Of a DNA stretch of 34,521 bases, positions 27,001 to 32,761 are shown piece by piece. The stretch lies in IMG/VR virus record IMGVR_UViG_3300028394_000193, positions 1 to 34,521 of that record; one strand, given 5' to 3'. A program made the position numbers and the translations under genes. The first letter of the stretch is position 1, and every line of letters starts with the position of its first letter. This DNA comes from a virus. Lineage: Duplodnaviria; Caudoviricetes. The notes under the pieces are model-generated. The model made no database searches, was not told the DNA's origin, and saw nothing but the letters and a program-made list of their open reading frames with translations.

Positions 27001-27169
27001 TGTAAGGTCTATTGATAAAGATATGAAACAGATTAGAGAATATCGCGGCGCGGTTAACGCAGACAAAGATATGAGTGGCGATGAAAAGCGCGTAATCCTA
27101 GATGAGCTTCATCAATACGAAGTGGCTCTAACCGCTGATATCAAGGCAATCAGAAAAGAGTTCCATTAA
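18008..27169 (+). CDS. Large polyvalent virion protein (3053 aa): zincin, HhH-GPD-like, SAM-lyase-like, two ART-like domains, LPD38
   Basis: Motifs in order: HESIH at 20834 with EEAIAE at 21095; ATSPN/PKARNF/TIDVW/LQAIAW; GLYGGTVEESF...QQYDIFV; IHYG...RVYFY...GYDGY; FKQWFGKSKIV...YHGT...QIKSATGNIGTFD; DDEYKKL...YWIVP...IPFEIG. Confidence 0.85.
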   Translation: MADLDLLLEAERRGLLPADKQGLLNEARSRGLIGGGIQSLKQPPKERTWGEAATDIAASVGKGLGQTLQVPGQLYGLITGDMETPQGPPQNTEEAQKALVRGAGNAVMPGMTGIQGLGKRLEEYSESKKSDVLKAKEAERNRLIQEAESKGLLEQAKAAGAATITDPALLTSFLAEMAPNMLPVGAAARLGRGVVLGGQLAKGVGREAAELAAQKAGTRAALGTGAVMQGADVGTDTYEEAYRELIAKDVPPDQAKQRALNLARASGLSAAAVSLLAQKLPGARRLEESFAGKAGVAGRAVGAVKTGLGESYSEGFEEAGGAFGKNLAMRDINPEYDLTKGVGTAGALGAIGGVGLGGVAGALQRQAPTEMPKEVPPIPEPTEPKTVEPLRIGYSPTVEDVVEKDTLQNPVGNFTPNELTPEIVKFVNNLRKEEGKPKLKAFSIEDLVEAGAPPQEIDRLLAYKNQFDGSVTLSAADVTNIAQQRNVDTETKGFTDFLRRATGQEDLTQMSQPQLHSAFVALNALDTSPELRVLPEGTNAVRFTDKQYDRGLRGVAFQLGQSPAVGRTSVIQQIKDYTGLENDQDAHVLLRTAIRNGDLESKRVPQYEVVNNEGKVQWVSNSREAALRGAEKRGFNVRDGFREEISYPGEATQLPGGPDIRMGMFQEGERPEGFEIKAGSTVLSVSNNETDANEKAARLSALREQEAKSTQKNINELNKKILASQNELERMEATGQGNSLEFAQLSASVNADNQALVDQTNQLKKDLNDYQQPVTVVPTKSVTPIVREGFTFFDNGAAVASFPTQQQAEEFALARLNNETLTNIVNVGPTLKGLMPKRLAKMAEAELASRGRTEPGIEVKFEGTEEEARERLAKLGIFSADVQSKVAELEKALLPALRKLGLERVALNIVREIENNAEGNYAAGVIKISLDNEPGNYLGVLRHESIHALKELGAFTAKEWAVLNKQAKEVWVPQYMKNRATEYKGKQTSLYDAYRDIYKRNKLKTGEITQEEFNNNDPKALAGFDEYIQEEAIAEAFRYWKPQAGFFGNMGYRLSKMFDAIKNAFKGLGFRTADSVFEKVEAGKMRPKGEGKGEAKFSLRQYKLDIKRQKRVVQEIVDLPVNEQAAIERDAQEMDLPKARVDELIKQVKADKKRYPEKQGWAPLEVIGIDVTLDDEGKPIRGTEAPKYKSIPYEYNVPTGKNKAPTKVDPIWLGKVTKEFQKLVQQIYTRASKGDTNAQGIIAHQTWYKNVAKTLRNEYGGFGDVLADLLGATSPNTPVDTNWRFSIDVMRRFVRGDFNSDLEKFSKHLEDGKPASSFPSQDKIRQISGKLYGMNSTNAMLALVDAWRQIKPGQAPKARNFALNLIGQSNIATIDVWAARMLRRAANAISKGEYARIPPPAEKGVSGVWNTDATEITGAFGFGAEVMRQVSANLKKKGINIEPPDLQAIAWFAEKELWGTKGWTSKVGEGGSFEENIEKNPADRYLAGHSIQVGETTPLPEDVYKVQQDVLDVLQKDPSVIAVRVKPTKGLYGGTVEESFDSEWVVDRNTFKPDVIVSKIAEVSKANQQYDIFVSRVIPPNEDNPNARPGIELYFKTEEDLNNVMPILKSFTDKGQDGFTLAVDPRATGDSNLYMGVRLQYVPEISMRWDEELREKLKNPQELERILAEKAQTLEDIASEISQEEGVAYAAVLQYDTIVIGKENYDAYISGATSGQDSAVGEKVWFGQPVREHVEAAAKRYTAGQVDEAVVPDGGEAEARYSLRPTEPSVRPSTGGGRGITLGERQEGAGTFSGIHYGKAKTERLSGSMFGSGIRGEESKRLAQSRDPRIKRRVYFYIPNDVGFVMRPEAGLGQHVYTQTFDNILPSGDEMSRLYRSVDKDFNAFESAVVDAGYDGYAVPSQGMMVILNHNVPVKYEGLANELRTQGKLVNNKIKYSLRANPAQTETPEFKQWFGKSKIVNKEGEPKVMYHGTSRDITTFRPKQAGAIFVTDNPDFAHIFSGFSEKYMVKEFENKLSNEEKKQLLLEVLEKTKKELPQLTVKRLLDNINNSQNLYVGPGGFLTQAHFLNVPFGSNLVKEVQARLESRQNIMPVYVRAENPFDYKNEEHVNKLVNAVSKLSENKQNELYDELGLEPIEKTRLLDFKNAIEDGVWEAIESPEVQKLIKKFGHDGFYIIEAKERNLAVYEPSQIKSATGNIGTFDITNPDIRYSVRANLPASTNARIDATTGQRKTEGFMDRILSIFNPDTRAKLRAGFIFQFEALERGTKARAAKYGNREYMADVSATAAALESMRSKQIVAAAMRDGVPVYRNGFTTTDNLNGTQKGLLDIFSPLAATGDPDVWRCFQYYAGSKRGARLDAEGREHLFTQTDVQAANAMAAQFKRDGIDFDAVYKEYQKWNDALVKYMKDTGVLSAADAAYFTKFGDYIPFYRQMDGESTVGPKIFSAIAGVQKPKALKGGTEKLGDFLENVIRNASAAVDAGMKNVAANRGIRDALDLGTARQVNVPNQDSVSVKENGVTKHYELDDPLLFEAFKGLNVPRMPWLQILAAPADVLRNFVTKDPGFILANIMRDSVSAWVTSGSDMKPVIDSFKQFGKILANQSPEAVAMAKAGLGGYEFKGSLKDSAEAFEKALRAKTGTRTKTEKALLPVTALWDMLEQGSNASDLATRAEIYKRTLAKTGNEAEALFQASEVMNFSRRGSFQVMQILTAVVPFMNARIQGLDVLYRSGFGQAANVNKERMQKAFIVRSLSILAMTAAYWALVHDDDEYKKLTKEERDGYWIVPGLTFNDKPFRFPIPFEIGVLFKVFPERILEYTMGQDTEKDFRESITRNIVDTLKFNPIPQAFIPIYENISNHSFFTGEKIVGRGLEDVAKPLQYTASTSLGARWLGEQTGMSPIQIDNVIRGYTGTMGMYAVNMLDSVFSSQGDPVKATTRAEQLPVIKRFFASDSGTVAQYYDLKDEVDEVVRTVNFLERNDPDKLEEYLKKNENTYMLKDFVRSIDKDMKQIREYRGAVNADKDMSGDEKRVILDELHQYEVALTADIKAIRKEFH
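23124..23423 (+). CDS. Nested out-of-frame (+1) small protein inside the giant gene
   Basis: SD AAGGA at 23111-23115, 8 nt before ATG. It begins with an amphipathic helical hairpin (TLAEQLPGKIARLEKKFG-SDN-RFVNMLKQQLNAIQQG). The main frame here is linker-like. Confidence 0.6.
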   Translation: MPTLAEQLPGKIARLEKKFGSDNRFVNMLKQQLNAIQQGKSTKQLYQMGAKQRPDTVLDLQNLPFDPAQAAGEASLLESDRKERERSAASTTAKPKQKD

Positions 27170-27705
27170 ACATTTTTCCAAGTGTGCCCTTTGGCTATAT
27201 TCCACAATGTGTGATAAGAAAACCCAGTTTCTTTTGCAAGTTTGGCTGGCGTAGATTCTTTTGATTTTAGTTTTTTAACTATATAAATTGGAACTTTAGC
27301 GGCGTGATGGTTTTCGCCTTCTGGGTAGAGACCGCGTTTTTGCCGGTCTTTCATATTTCCCTTTTGAACATCCCAACGAAGGTTTTCAATCTTGTTGTTT
27401 TCTGGATTGCTATCGTTGTGGCATGCAAGTTGCCCAAGTTTGGGTTGCCCAACAAAAGCAATTAGCATTGCTCTGCTTACAAGCATTGAGTATTTTTTAC
27501 CATTTGCACCAAATCTAAATTTTATATACCCGCATTTGTCTTTGTAAGTTGTTAATAACCTGCCTTTGTAATTTTGTTTAACCGTGGAGTTTGATAATCC
27601 ACAGTGTTTTTATACGGTTCTTGGATAGGTATAAACTCTTCCAAAATTTGAAACTGCAATAAATTCCTCAAAACCGGGCAAGTCTTTAAACTCCTCCCCT
27701 TGCAT
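27166..27705 (-). pseudogene. NUMOD4-HNH homing endonuclease interrupted by an in-frame TAA
   Basis: ATG 27705 gives MQGEEFKDLPGFEEFIAVSNFGRVYTYPRTV, then TAA (27612-27610). The same frame continues KHCG...KGRLL...GYIKF...MLVSRAMLIAFVG...CHNDSNPENNKIENLRW. Confidence 0.8.
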
Positions 27706-27982
27706 AACCAAGCAATCTATAGACTTCGTCAATAAGCTCATCTTCGGTAACCTCGTAGTATTTCACAAAGGCTTTGGTGCCCATTCCATGAATTCCCATG
27801 TTACCCCTATGATGAGAAACGCACAAGGGAAATGAATCCCAGTGGCTGGCTCTTTTCCCAGCCCCGGTTCCAGTTCTTTTGTGATGTATTTCGCTTGGCG
27901 AATTTGGGTATCCCATCCTGTTACAGATGAGACATCCAAGCTCCGCAACAGCACTTAGGTGTTTCTTTTCAGCTTTGGTCAA
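27686..27982 (-). CDS. Ref/DUF968-like Zn-binding HNH-fold nuclease
   Basis: LGCLIC...EIHHKRTG.G.GKRASH...PLCVSHHRG..GIH. Confidence 0.8.
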   Translation of the reverse strand: MTKAEKKHLSAVAELGCLICNRMGYPNSPSEIHHKRTGTGAGKRASHWDSFPLCVSHHRGNMGIHGMGTKAFVKYYEVTEDELIDEVYRLLGYARGGV

Positions 27983-28451
27983 TGCTGTATGACTTCGCGG
28001 TTTTCATGTTTATAAAAGCGTTGGTCCTGTTTGCGGAGCCGCCGTTGATAGTGGCTTGAGTGACAGTTGTTTCTAATCTAAGCGGGGCAACAACATTCCC
28101 CAAACTGTCAGACACCACTATTGTCATAACAATACCAGACTCAACCAAGTAAAGAATCCCATAAAACGGAACGGCAAGATCCTTTGAGATCCTTATGCCT
28201 GAGTTTAACTTCTCCCAAGTGACCAGCCATTCATTGCTAAACTTTGTCTTGAAGTCATCTAGGGATGTGTTGTAGCGGCACTTGGTTTCAACTACCGCTA
28301 CAACCTCATCTTTGATGATGACCGCGTCAACAAAGGCGGCTCGATGTTTCGGGGTTTCAACGTACTTCAAATTGAACGTTGACTCAAACCATCTCTTAAC
28401 GTCTCTCTCGTCACTGAGGGACTTCTGTCCCTTGGGCGTCAGTATGTCCAA
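27969..28451 (-). CDS. PD-(D/E)xK-family nuclease
   Basis: VDAVII...VAVVETKCR motif. TTG 28451 is the likelier start, since the track start at 28496 overlaps the upstream gene. Confidence 0.65.
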   Translation of the reverse strand: MDILTPKGQKSLSDERDVKRWFESTFNLKYVETPKHRAAFVDAVIIKDEVVAVVETKCRYNTSLDDFKTKFSNEWLVTWEKLNSGIRISKDLAVPFYGILYLVESGIVMTIVVSDSLGNVVAPLRLETTVTQATINGGSANRTNAFINMKTAKSYSIDQS

Positions 28452-28452
28452 T

Positions 28453-28638
28453 TCAATGAACAGCCTCACCAAACTCCACATTGATTTTGTGATCAATGTA
28501 TTCGTCCAGTTCCTGTTCGTTGTTTAAACCTTCTGAAATGTCACGCTCTCGTCCCGCCAAGAACTCGCGGCGCAACCATCTATAACGATTTGATTCCAAT
28601 AACCTACGCTCAACTGCTTCGATAAGTTTATTGCCCAT
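28453..28638 (-). CDS. Small hypothetical protein (RYRWLR motif)
   Basis: RYRWLR...ELDEYID pattern common in phage accessory genes. It tiles with its neighbours. Confidence 0.6.
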   Translation of the reverse strand: MGNKLIEAVERRLLESNRYRWLRREFLAGRERDISEGLNNEQELDEYIDHKINVEFGEAVH

Positions 28639-28825
28639 GATATGGAAACACCATTGATTTGATTTTATCGAATACGGACGGGAGTAAAGGATCGCCGCAT
28701 ACTAGATGCTCCTGCAACCTGTGCATGTCATAGCACATTGATGCGTGGCGATACCACACAGGGTGATAGCTGATCCCAATTCGGGACTTGTCCCAGTCCT
28801 TTATGAACTCACCGTTTACTAACAT
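28628..28825 (-). CDS. Hypothetical protein
   Basis: ATG 28825 is preceded by GGAG and reads MLVNGEFIKDWDKSRIGISY... Confidence 0.55.
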   Translation of the reverse strand: MLVNGEFIKDWDKSRIGISYHPVWYRHASMCYDMHRLQEHLVCGDPLLPSVFDKIKSMVFPYHGQ

Positions 28826-28979
28826 ATGCGCTCCAGTAGGCTCCGTTTTTTGCAAGCTTTGCAATTTTCTCAAAGGTGCCTATAAGATCTTCGCCTGATG
28901 CGCTCTGCTCTTGAAGCTTTGTCGTTAGTTGCTTTAAAAGCACCACAGCTTCAGCTATGTAAATCTTTTCATCCTCCAT
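28809..28979 (-). CDS. Small hypothetical protein (56 aa, not in ORF track)
   Basis: MEDEKIYIAEAVVLLKQLTTKLQEQSASGEDLIGTFEKIAKLAKNGAYWSAYVSKR fills the gap between its neighbours. Confidence 0.55.
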   Translation of the reverse strand: MEDEKIYIAEAVVLLKQLTTKLQEQSASGEDLIGTFEKIAKLAKNGAYWSAYVSKR

Positions 28980-29187
28980 CGCTCACCTCGATAAGTTTGT
29001 TTAAATACCACGCAGCTTTTTTCAAGTCTTCAACCGGGTCACCTTTATGACCAACCCGGCTCAGATACTTCATACAGTTTAAACGCAGATACCCGGCAAA
29101 TTCTGCCGGTGTGCTCTTCGCTTCTAGGTAGTCGATTGTTTCGATACCACCTTTCAAGTAATGCTCAGGGTGATTCACCATATCCAT
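28969..29187 (-). CDS. DUF3310 family (T7 gp1.7-like nucleotide kinase) protein
   Basis: DMVNHPEHY..GGIETIDY...KYLSRVGHKG...EDLKKAAWYL. The start is revised to ATG 29187. Confidence 0.85.
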   Translation of the reverse strand: MDMVNHPEHYLKGGIETIDYLEAKSTPAEFAGYLRLNCMKYLSRVGHKGDPVEDLKKAAWYLNKLIEVSDGG

Positions 29188-29437
29188 AATCAATGTGCCT
29201 CGGTAGGTTTCTAAGGATGTAAGAATAGTCAGGTTCAACCGATTCCGGCCCTGCGTTATATAGCAAATACTTTCTGTTCTGTTCTCTAACCTCTTTCTTT
29301 ACTATCAAACCCGCGTCATACAATCGTTTGAGTATTCCCGACAATGCTTTCCTGTTCACCCCTTCTACGTCAATGTCTTTGTAGATAACCTCTCCTTTCT
29401 CTTTTAAATACTCAAGAACTTTTTGTTGACTCGTCAT
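29165..29437 (-). CDS. Winged-helix DNA-binding protein
   Basis: QQKVLEYLKEKG...NRKALSGILKRLYDAGLIVK wHTH pattern. Confidence 0.65.
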   Translation of the reverse strand: MTSQQKVLEYLKEKGEVIYKDIDVEGVNRKALSGILKRLYDAGLIVKKEVREQNRKYLLYNAGPESVEPDYSYILRNLPRHIDYGYGESP

Positions 29438-29690
29438 ATTCTTTCAGTTGTTGATTAAGACGTTTGTGGAATGTTGACTCGCTGTCATCAGCAGAAACCA
29501 ACCAGTCAATCCTTTGTACATAGATGTATGCCCTTCTTAACATCTCTACTGCGCGTTTAAATTCAGCAATAGTTTCGTCTTTGTATTTGTAATCCCAGCC
29601 AACATCTTCGTTATCAACAATGTGTTGCTCGATGTCATCGGCAATCTGTTGAAGTTTGTATTGCTCGTAATTAAATAGACCTCCGCTCAT
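29412..29690 (-). CDS. Conserved phage hypothetical protein
   Basis: MSGGLFNY...IDWLVSADDSE pattern, with ATGA overlap to the upstream ORF. Confidence 0.65.
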   Translation of the reverse strand: MSGGLFNYEQYKLQQIADDIEQHIVDNEDVGWDYKYKDETIAEFKRAVEMLRRAYIYVQRIDWLVSADDSESTFHKRLNQQLKEYDESTKSS

Positions 29691-29827
29691 GACCAATCCT
29701 CATAAAATTTTACAATTGGAATAACAACGCCGCATCTATCGCATCTGTCGTGCGTGTGCCGGTAATGGGCGTCAACGCAACTGATGGTGATTTTGTGGCC
29801 GAACAACCAGCACAGAATCTTAGCCAC
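29687..29827 (-). CDS. DUF1660-like small Zn-binding protein (46 aa, not in ORF track)
   Basis: GTG start after SD GAGGAG. Reads MAKILCWLFGHKITISCVDAHYRHTHDRCDRCGVVIPIVKFYEDWS. Confidence 0.65.
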   Translation of the reverse strand: MAKILCWLFGHKITISCVDAHYRHTHDRCDRCGVVIPIVKFYEDWS

Positions 29828-30071
29828 CGTTCTTCTCCTCTAACTTGTCTTGTGCAAAAAGAACACCAGCAATAAATGACGCATAGTTATCTGATTGTTC
29901 TGCGGCGTGGTCAATTTCTTCGTCCGTCAGCCCGACCCAATCGCGTTTTTGTTCTTTTAACGCGATGTTCTTTTTCATCAACAAGCTAATGGTTTCAATC
30001 TGCGAATGCATTGATGCATGGCATTTTTCGACTTCTGCTCGCAGGAATTCAACTTCGGTTGTGTAGTTCAT
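29820..30071 (-). CDS. Small accessory protein with WVGLT...EKN C-terminal module
   Basis: WVGLTDEEI...LEEKNGG, with ATGA coupling. Confidence 0.65.
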   Translation of the reverse strand: MNYTTEVEFLRAEVEKCHASMHSQIETISLLMKKNIALKEQKRDWVGLTDEEIDHAAEQSDNYASFIAGVLFAQDKLEEKNGG

Positions 30072-30316
30072 GTGTTCTTCTCCTTCAGCCTCGCCTCAAG
30101 CGCGGCTATCATGTCTATGACATACGGGCGATTTGCAAGGCTTATTTCTTTAGCCTCTTCTTTAGTTAGCCCGACCCACTGGTGCTCTGGTTGCGCCAGC
30201 CTATCGCGCAGAGCGGTGATAGCGGCGTGAATCAACTTGTCTTCAGCCTCCGTTGTTTCGGTATAGATGTATTCCAACGCATCCAGCGCCTGTTGCATAA
30301 GTTCGCGGTCAGTCAT
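30068..30316 (-). CDS. Small accessory protein with WVGLT...EKN C-terminal module
   Basis: MTDRELMQQALDALE...AITALRDRLAQPE..WVGLTKEEA...LKEKNT. Confidence 0.65.
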   Translation of the reverse strand: MTDRELMQQALDALEYIYTETTEAEDKLIHAAITALRDRLAQPEHQWVGLTKEEAKEISLANRPYVIDMIAALEARLKEKNT

Positions 30317-30654
30317 TTCTCTCCCCTTGCGCGGATAGCGTTAGCAACACCGCTCGGGCAGGTGTCGCAAGTCGGCTCATATGATTCAGCTACGCTTGCA
30401 CACATTTCTCGTTCCCGCTCCGCAACTTGCCACTCTAATTCTTTTAATAGATCCTCGATACTATCGCCATGCCCCGTTGCATAGCCGCGTTCGATCATCC
30501 AGTGTGCAAACTTCTCCCGCTCATGCGCGGCAACAAGTTTGACGAAGCGTTCAAGGTCTTTGTCTCGTATTTCCCAAATGTCCCACTTGTCTGGGTTGGC
30601 ACAATCTCTAGCACCAGCTTCTATTGCTATGCGAATGATGTCTTCTCTGTTCAT
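30313..30654 (-). CDS. Small accessory protein (ERE.CA...AIRARG family)
   Basis: MNREDIIRIAIEAG...LERFVKLVAAHERE...EREMCA...AIRARGEK. The start could alternatively be ATG 30726. Confidence 0.65.
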   Translation of the reverse strand: MNREDIIRIAIEAGARDCANPDKWDIWEIRDKDLERFVKLVAAHEREKFAHWMIERGYATGHGDSIEDLLKELEWQVAEREREMCASVAESYEPTCDTCPSGVANAIRARGEK

Positions 30655-30658
30655 GGTT

Positions 30659-30723
30659 TTCCCGTTCGGTAATTTTGATTCGCCATTAGTAGGCTTTCCT
30701 GCGGATTCTTCCCGTTCGGTAAT
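30659..30723 (+). repeat. Two exact 15-bp direct repeats TTCCCGTTCGGTAAT, 50 bp apart
   Basis: Copies at 30659-30673 and 30709-30723, with a quasi-palindromic CCG-TT-CGG core. Confidence 0.85.
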
Positions 30724-30863
30724 CATGCTATTTTGTCCTTGAACCCGCTCGGGGTTAGTCGCTTAAAGCAAGCCTCGCACTTCCAACGGAACCCCTTCCC
30801 GTTTGACGTTGGAACCTTGTGGCTTGCCGGGTTGACCCTGCACTGTTGGCAGTTATGTTTCAT
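30723..30863 (-). CDS. Small zinc-finger protein (46 aa, not in ORF track)
   Basis: MKHNCQQCRVNPASHKVPTSNGKGFRWKCEACFKRLTPSGFKDKIA has CxxC...CxxC and an ATGA overlap. Confidence 0.65.
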   Translation of the reverse strand: MKHNCQQCRVNPASHKVPTSNGKGFRWKCEACFKRLTPSGFKDKIA

Positions 30864-31090
30864 TTTCTAGCCATTTGTCCTGCAAGGAACGCTTCCTTTA
30901 CAACTTTTTCTTGGTTGCCCACACGCAGCAACTGCGCCTTTAAATGGGCAATCTCTTTCTCAGAGTTTAAAGCCCCTGCCTGAAACCCAGCAGACCATGC
31001 GTCATACATGTAACCTTCTATGGGGTTGTATCCACCAGCGGTTGCGTTATTTCCGTAAGTGCTGCCCCACCATTCTTGCCAAGATTTCAT
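30860..31090 (-). CDS. Hypothetical protein
   Basis: WQEWW...AWSAG pattern, with ATGA coupling at both ends. Confidence 0.6.
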   Translation of the reverse strand: MKSWQEWWGSTYGNNATAGGYNPIEGYMYDAWSAGFQAGALNSEKEIAHLKAQLLRVGNQEKVVKEAFLAGQMARK

Positions 31091-31374
31091 ACTCTTGCCC
31101 TTATTAAGACTTCAAGTTCAGCAGTTGTTAAGCTACGGGGTTTGCCCTTAAACAGTTCTTTTTCGACCCAAGGGCGCGTCCACATACATCTGAACTCCGG
31201 CCTAGCCTTCGACTCCAGCAACTCGCTGGTGGTCCATACATCGCCGCCTAGACCTACCCACTCATGCGGGTTGATGTAGTGCGGTACATAGTATTGTTCC
31301 GTGGTTGGAATCCTGAACACCGGCTCTAACTGATAGTCGGTTTCTCGTTTGTCTTGAATGTTCATGCGTATCAC
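31087..31374 (-). CDS. Hypothetical protein
   Basis: The ORF tiles the operon and contains YVPHY.N...WVG.GG. Confidence 0.6.
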   Translation of the reverse strand: MIRMNIQDKRETDYQLEPVFRIPTTEQYYVPHYINPHEWVGLGGDVWTTSELLESKARPEFRCMWTRPWVEKELFKGKPRSLTTAELEVLIRARV

Positions 31375-31376
31375 CT

Positions 31377-31586
31377 TTATATTTTCTTTGAATCTATGTC
31401 ATTGACTTTAGTCATTATCAAACCCTGCAACTTTAGTATTTCAGTTGTTAGGTTAAAGAATTTTATTTCTTCATCAGATGCAATAGGTAAGCTATCAGAA
31501 AGATTATGAACAGTATGTATATCGCTGGAAACAGACTTACCACTTTCTGTGTCTCCGTCTTCTTTTGATTGCAAGGATTCCTTCAT
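31377..31586 (-). CDS. Hypothetical protein
   Basis: A strong SD GGAGG precedes ATG 31586 (MKESLQSK...). It overlaps the upstream gene by 50 nt. Confidence 0.45.
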   Translation of the reverse strand: MKESLQSKEDGDTESGKSVSSDIHTVHNLSDSLPIASDEEIKFFNLTTEILKLQGLIMTKVNDIDSKKI

Positions 31587-31719
31587 CTTTTTCCTCCAAC
31601 ATGTCATCAGCAATTTCAAAGGCAATCTCTACAATTTCAGATGGGTTCAAGTCAGGCTTTGATTGAACCAATCCGTTCATAGCCAATGCCGCTATAAACA
31701 ACCTCAAATCATTGTCCAT
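31537..31719 (-). CDS. Small phage protein (..AM.GL...A..IAD.ML family)
   Basis: LRLFIAALAMNGLV...IAFEIADDML. Confidence 0.6.
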   Translation of the reverse strand: MDNDLRLFIAALAMNGLVQSKPDLNPSEIVEIAFEIADDMLEEKDEGILAIKRRRRHRKW

Positions 31720-32014
31720 TCCGCAGTGCCGCCTTCAGGTTCTCGCACACCAAATCGGCAAACGATTTCCCGCTCGGGAACATCATCTTCGCACCTTCGG
31801 TTTCCTTGGCGATCTTTATCGCCTCGTTTAAACCTTCATTGAACCCGGTGTTGAAGTCGTTCCCTTGTAGCCTCATCCTTAGTCCCTCCCTGATCACTTG
31901 GCTTGCAGTCATTTTTGACTGCTGGGCGTACTTAGACAGGGACTCTTTGTCTTCCGGGGTTATGTAGATCATTACCGGGGTGACGGTCTTAAAACGTGTT
32001 TTTGAATTGCTCAT
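31709..32014 (-). CDS. Ribbon-helix-helix DNA-binding protein
   Basis: Alternating strand PVMIYIT, then helix EDKESLSKYAQQ, then helix TASQVIREGLRMRL. Confidence 0.7.
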   Translation of the reverse strand: MSNSKTRFKTVTPVMIYITPEDKESLSKYAQQSKMTASQVIREGLRMRLQGNDFNTGFNEGLNEAIKIAKETEGAKMMFPSGKSFADLVCENLKAALRNGQ

Positions 32015-32393
32015 ATTGTTTAATCAACTCGTCAAAAAGTTTCTGGGCCTCAACATCGCTATTGAGTTCTGTTCGGGATTCGATTCCACAGAACATGTAG
32101 ATAGCATTGACAGCATCCTGTTCTGTCACACCTTCAGCGTTGAATTCGTTGTAAACCCAAAACTGAAAGTCGCGGTCGCGGCATAAAATACCCGCTTTCT
32201 GTACCCTGTCTAGGTAAGTGACAGGCTCTTCATCATCGCCAATCTTAGCTAGAGCGCACCCGTATCGGGACCCAACAACATCCCTAAACAACTCGTCAGG
32301 GATGTCGTTGGGGTGGATTCGTAGTGTTAGTACGAACCCAGCAGCATCCTGTTTAAGCGCGATTTTCTGGCACTCAAACATTAAGGCTTTCAT
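31989..32393 (-). CDS. Conserved phage hypothetical protein
   Basis: ALKQD..GFVLTLRIHPNDIP...AGILCRDRDFQ...CGIESRTEL. Confidence 0.65.
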   Translation of the reverse strand: MKALMFECQKIALKQDAAGFVLTLRIHPNDIPDELFRDVVGSRYGCALAKIGDDEEPVTYLDRVQKAGILCRDRDFQFWVYNEFNAEGVTEQDAVNAIYMFCGIESRTELNSDVEAQKLFDELIKQYEQFKNTF

Positions 32394-32761
32394 TCGCTAA
32401 ACACCTTCGCTTCAAGGTAGCCAATCACAATCAATGCGGCTTTGTGTTGTTTCTCCACCTTTTCAATATGAAGCTTGGCGGCATGCAAATCTTTGCGAAG
32501 TGTTTCAACTTCAATTGTCAAATGCAAAATTTCTGTCTTTGCGCTCTTTAAATTTGCATTTGCAATCATAGCGTCAACGTTTGCTTGAACGGCTTTCTCT
32601 CTGATTTTAGTAACAGGAGATTTTCGTTTGCCAACGGGTTTATTTTTACTGCCCTTCCCGTTTTTTACTCCGAGTGGACGACCGGGACCACGTTTAAACG
32701 GAGCCACGGAGGTTTCTTCTCCTGTAATTTGCACGGCGGGGGTATCAGAAAGGGATGTCAT
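32390..32761 (-). CDS. AT-hook-like basic protein with C-terminal coiled coil
   Basis: KRGPGRPLGVKNGKGSKNK followed by a heptad-rich helix. Confidence 0.55.
   Translation of the reverse strand: MTSLSDTPAVQITGEETSVAPFKRGPGRPLGVKNGKGSKNKPVGKRKSPVTKIREKAVQANVDAMIANANLKSAKTEILHLTIEVETLRKDLHAAKLHIEKVEKQHKAALIVIGYLEAKVFSE

Noticed and set aside
27610-27612. Stop-codon reassignment explaining the in-frame TAA
   Set aside because: TAA is the usual, tightly coupled terminator of most genes in this window.
30412-30425. Sixth copy of the palindromic motif (TTCCCGCTCCGCAA)
   Set aside because: Two mismatches break the right arm, and the sequence is explained by the AERE coding motif.
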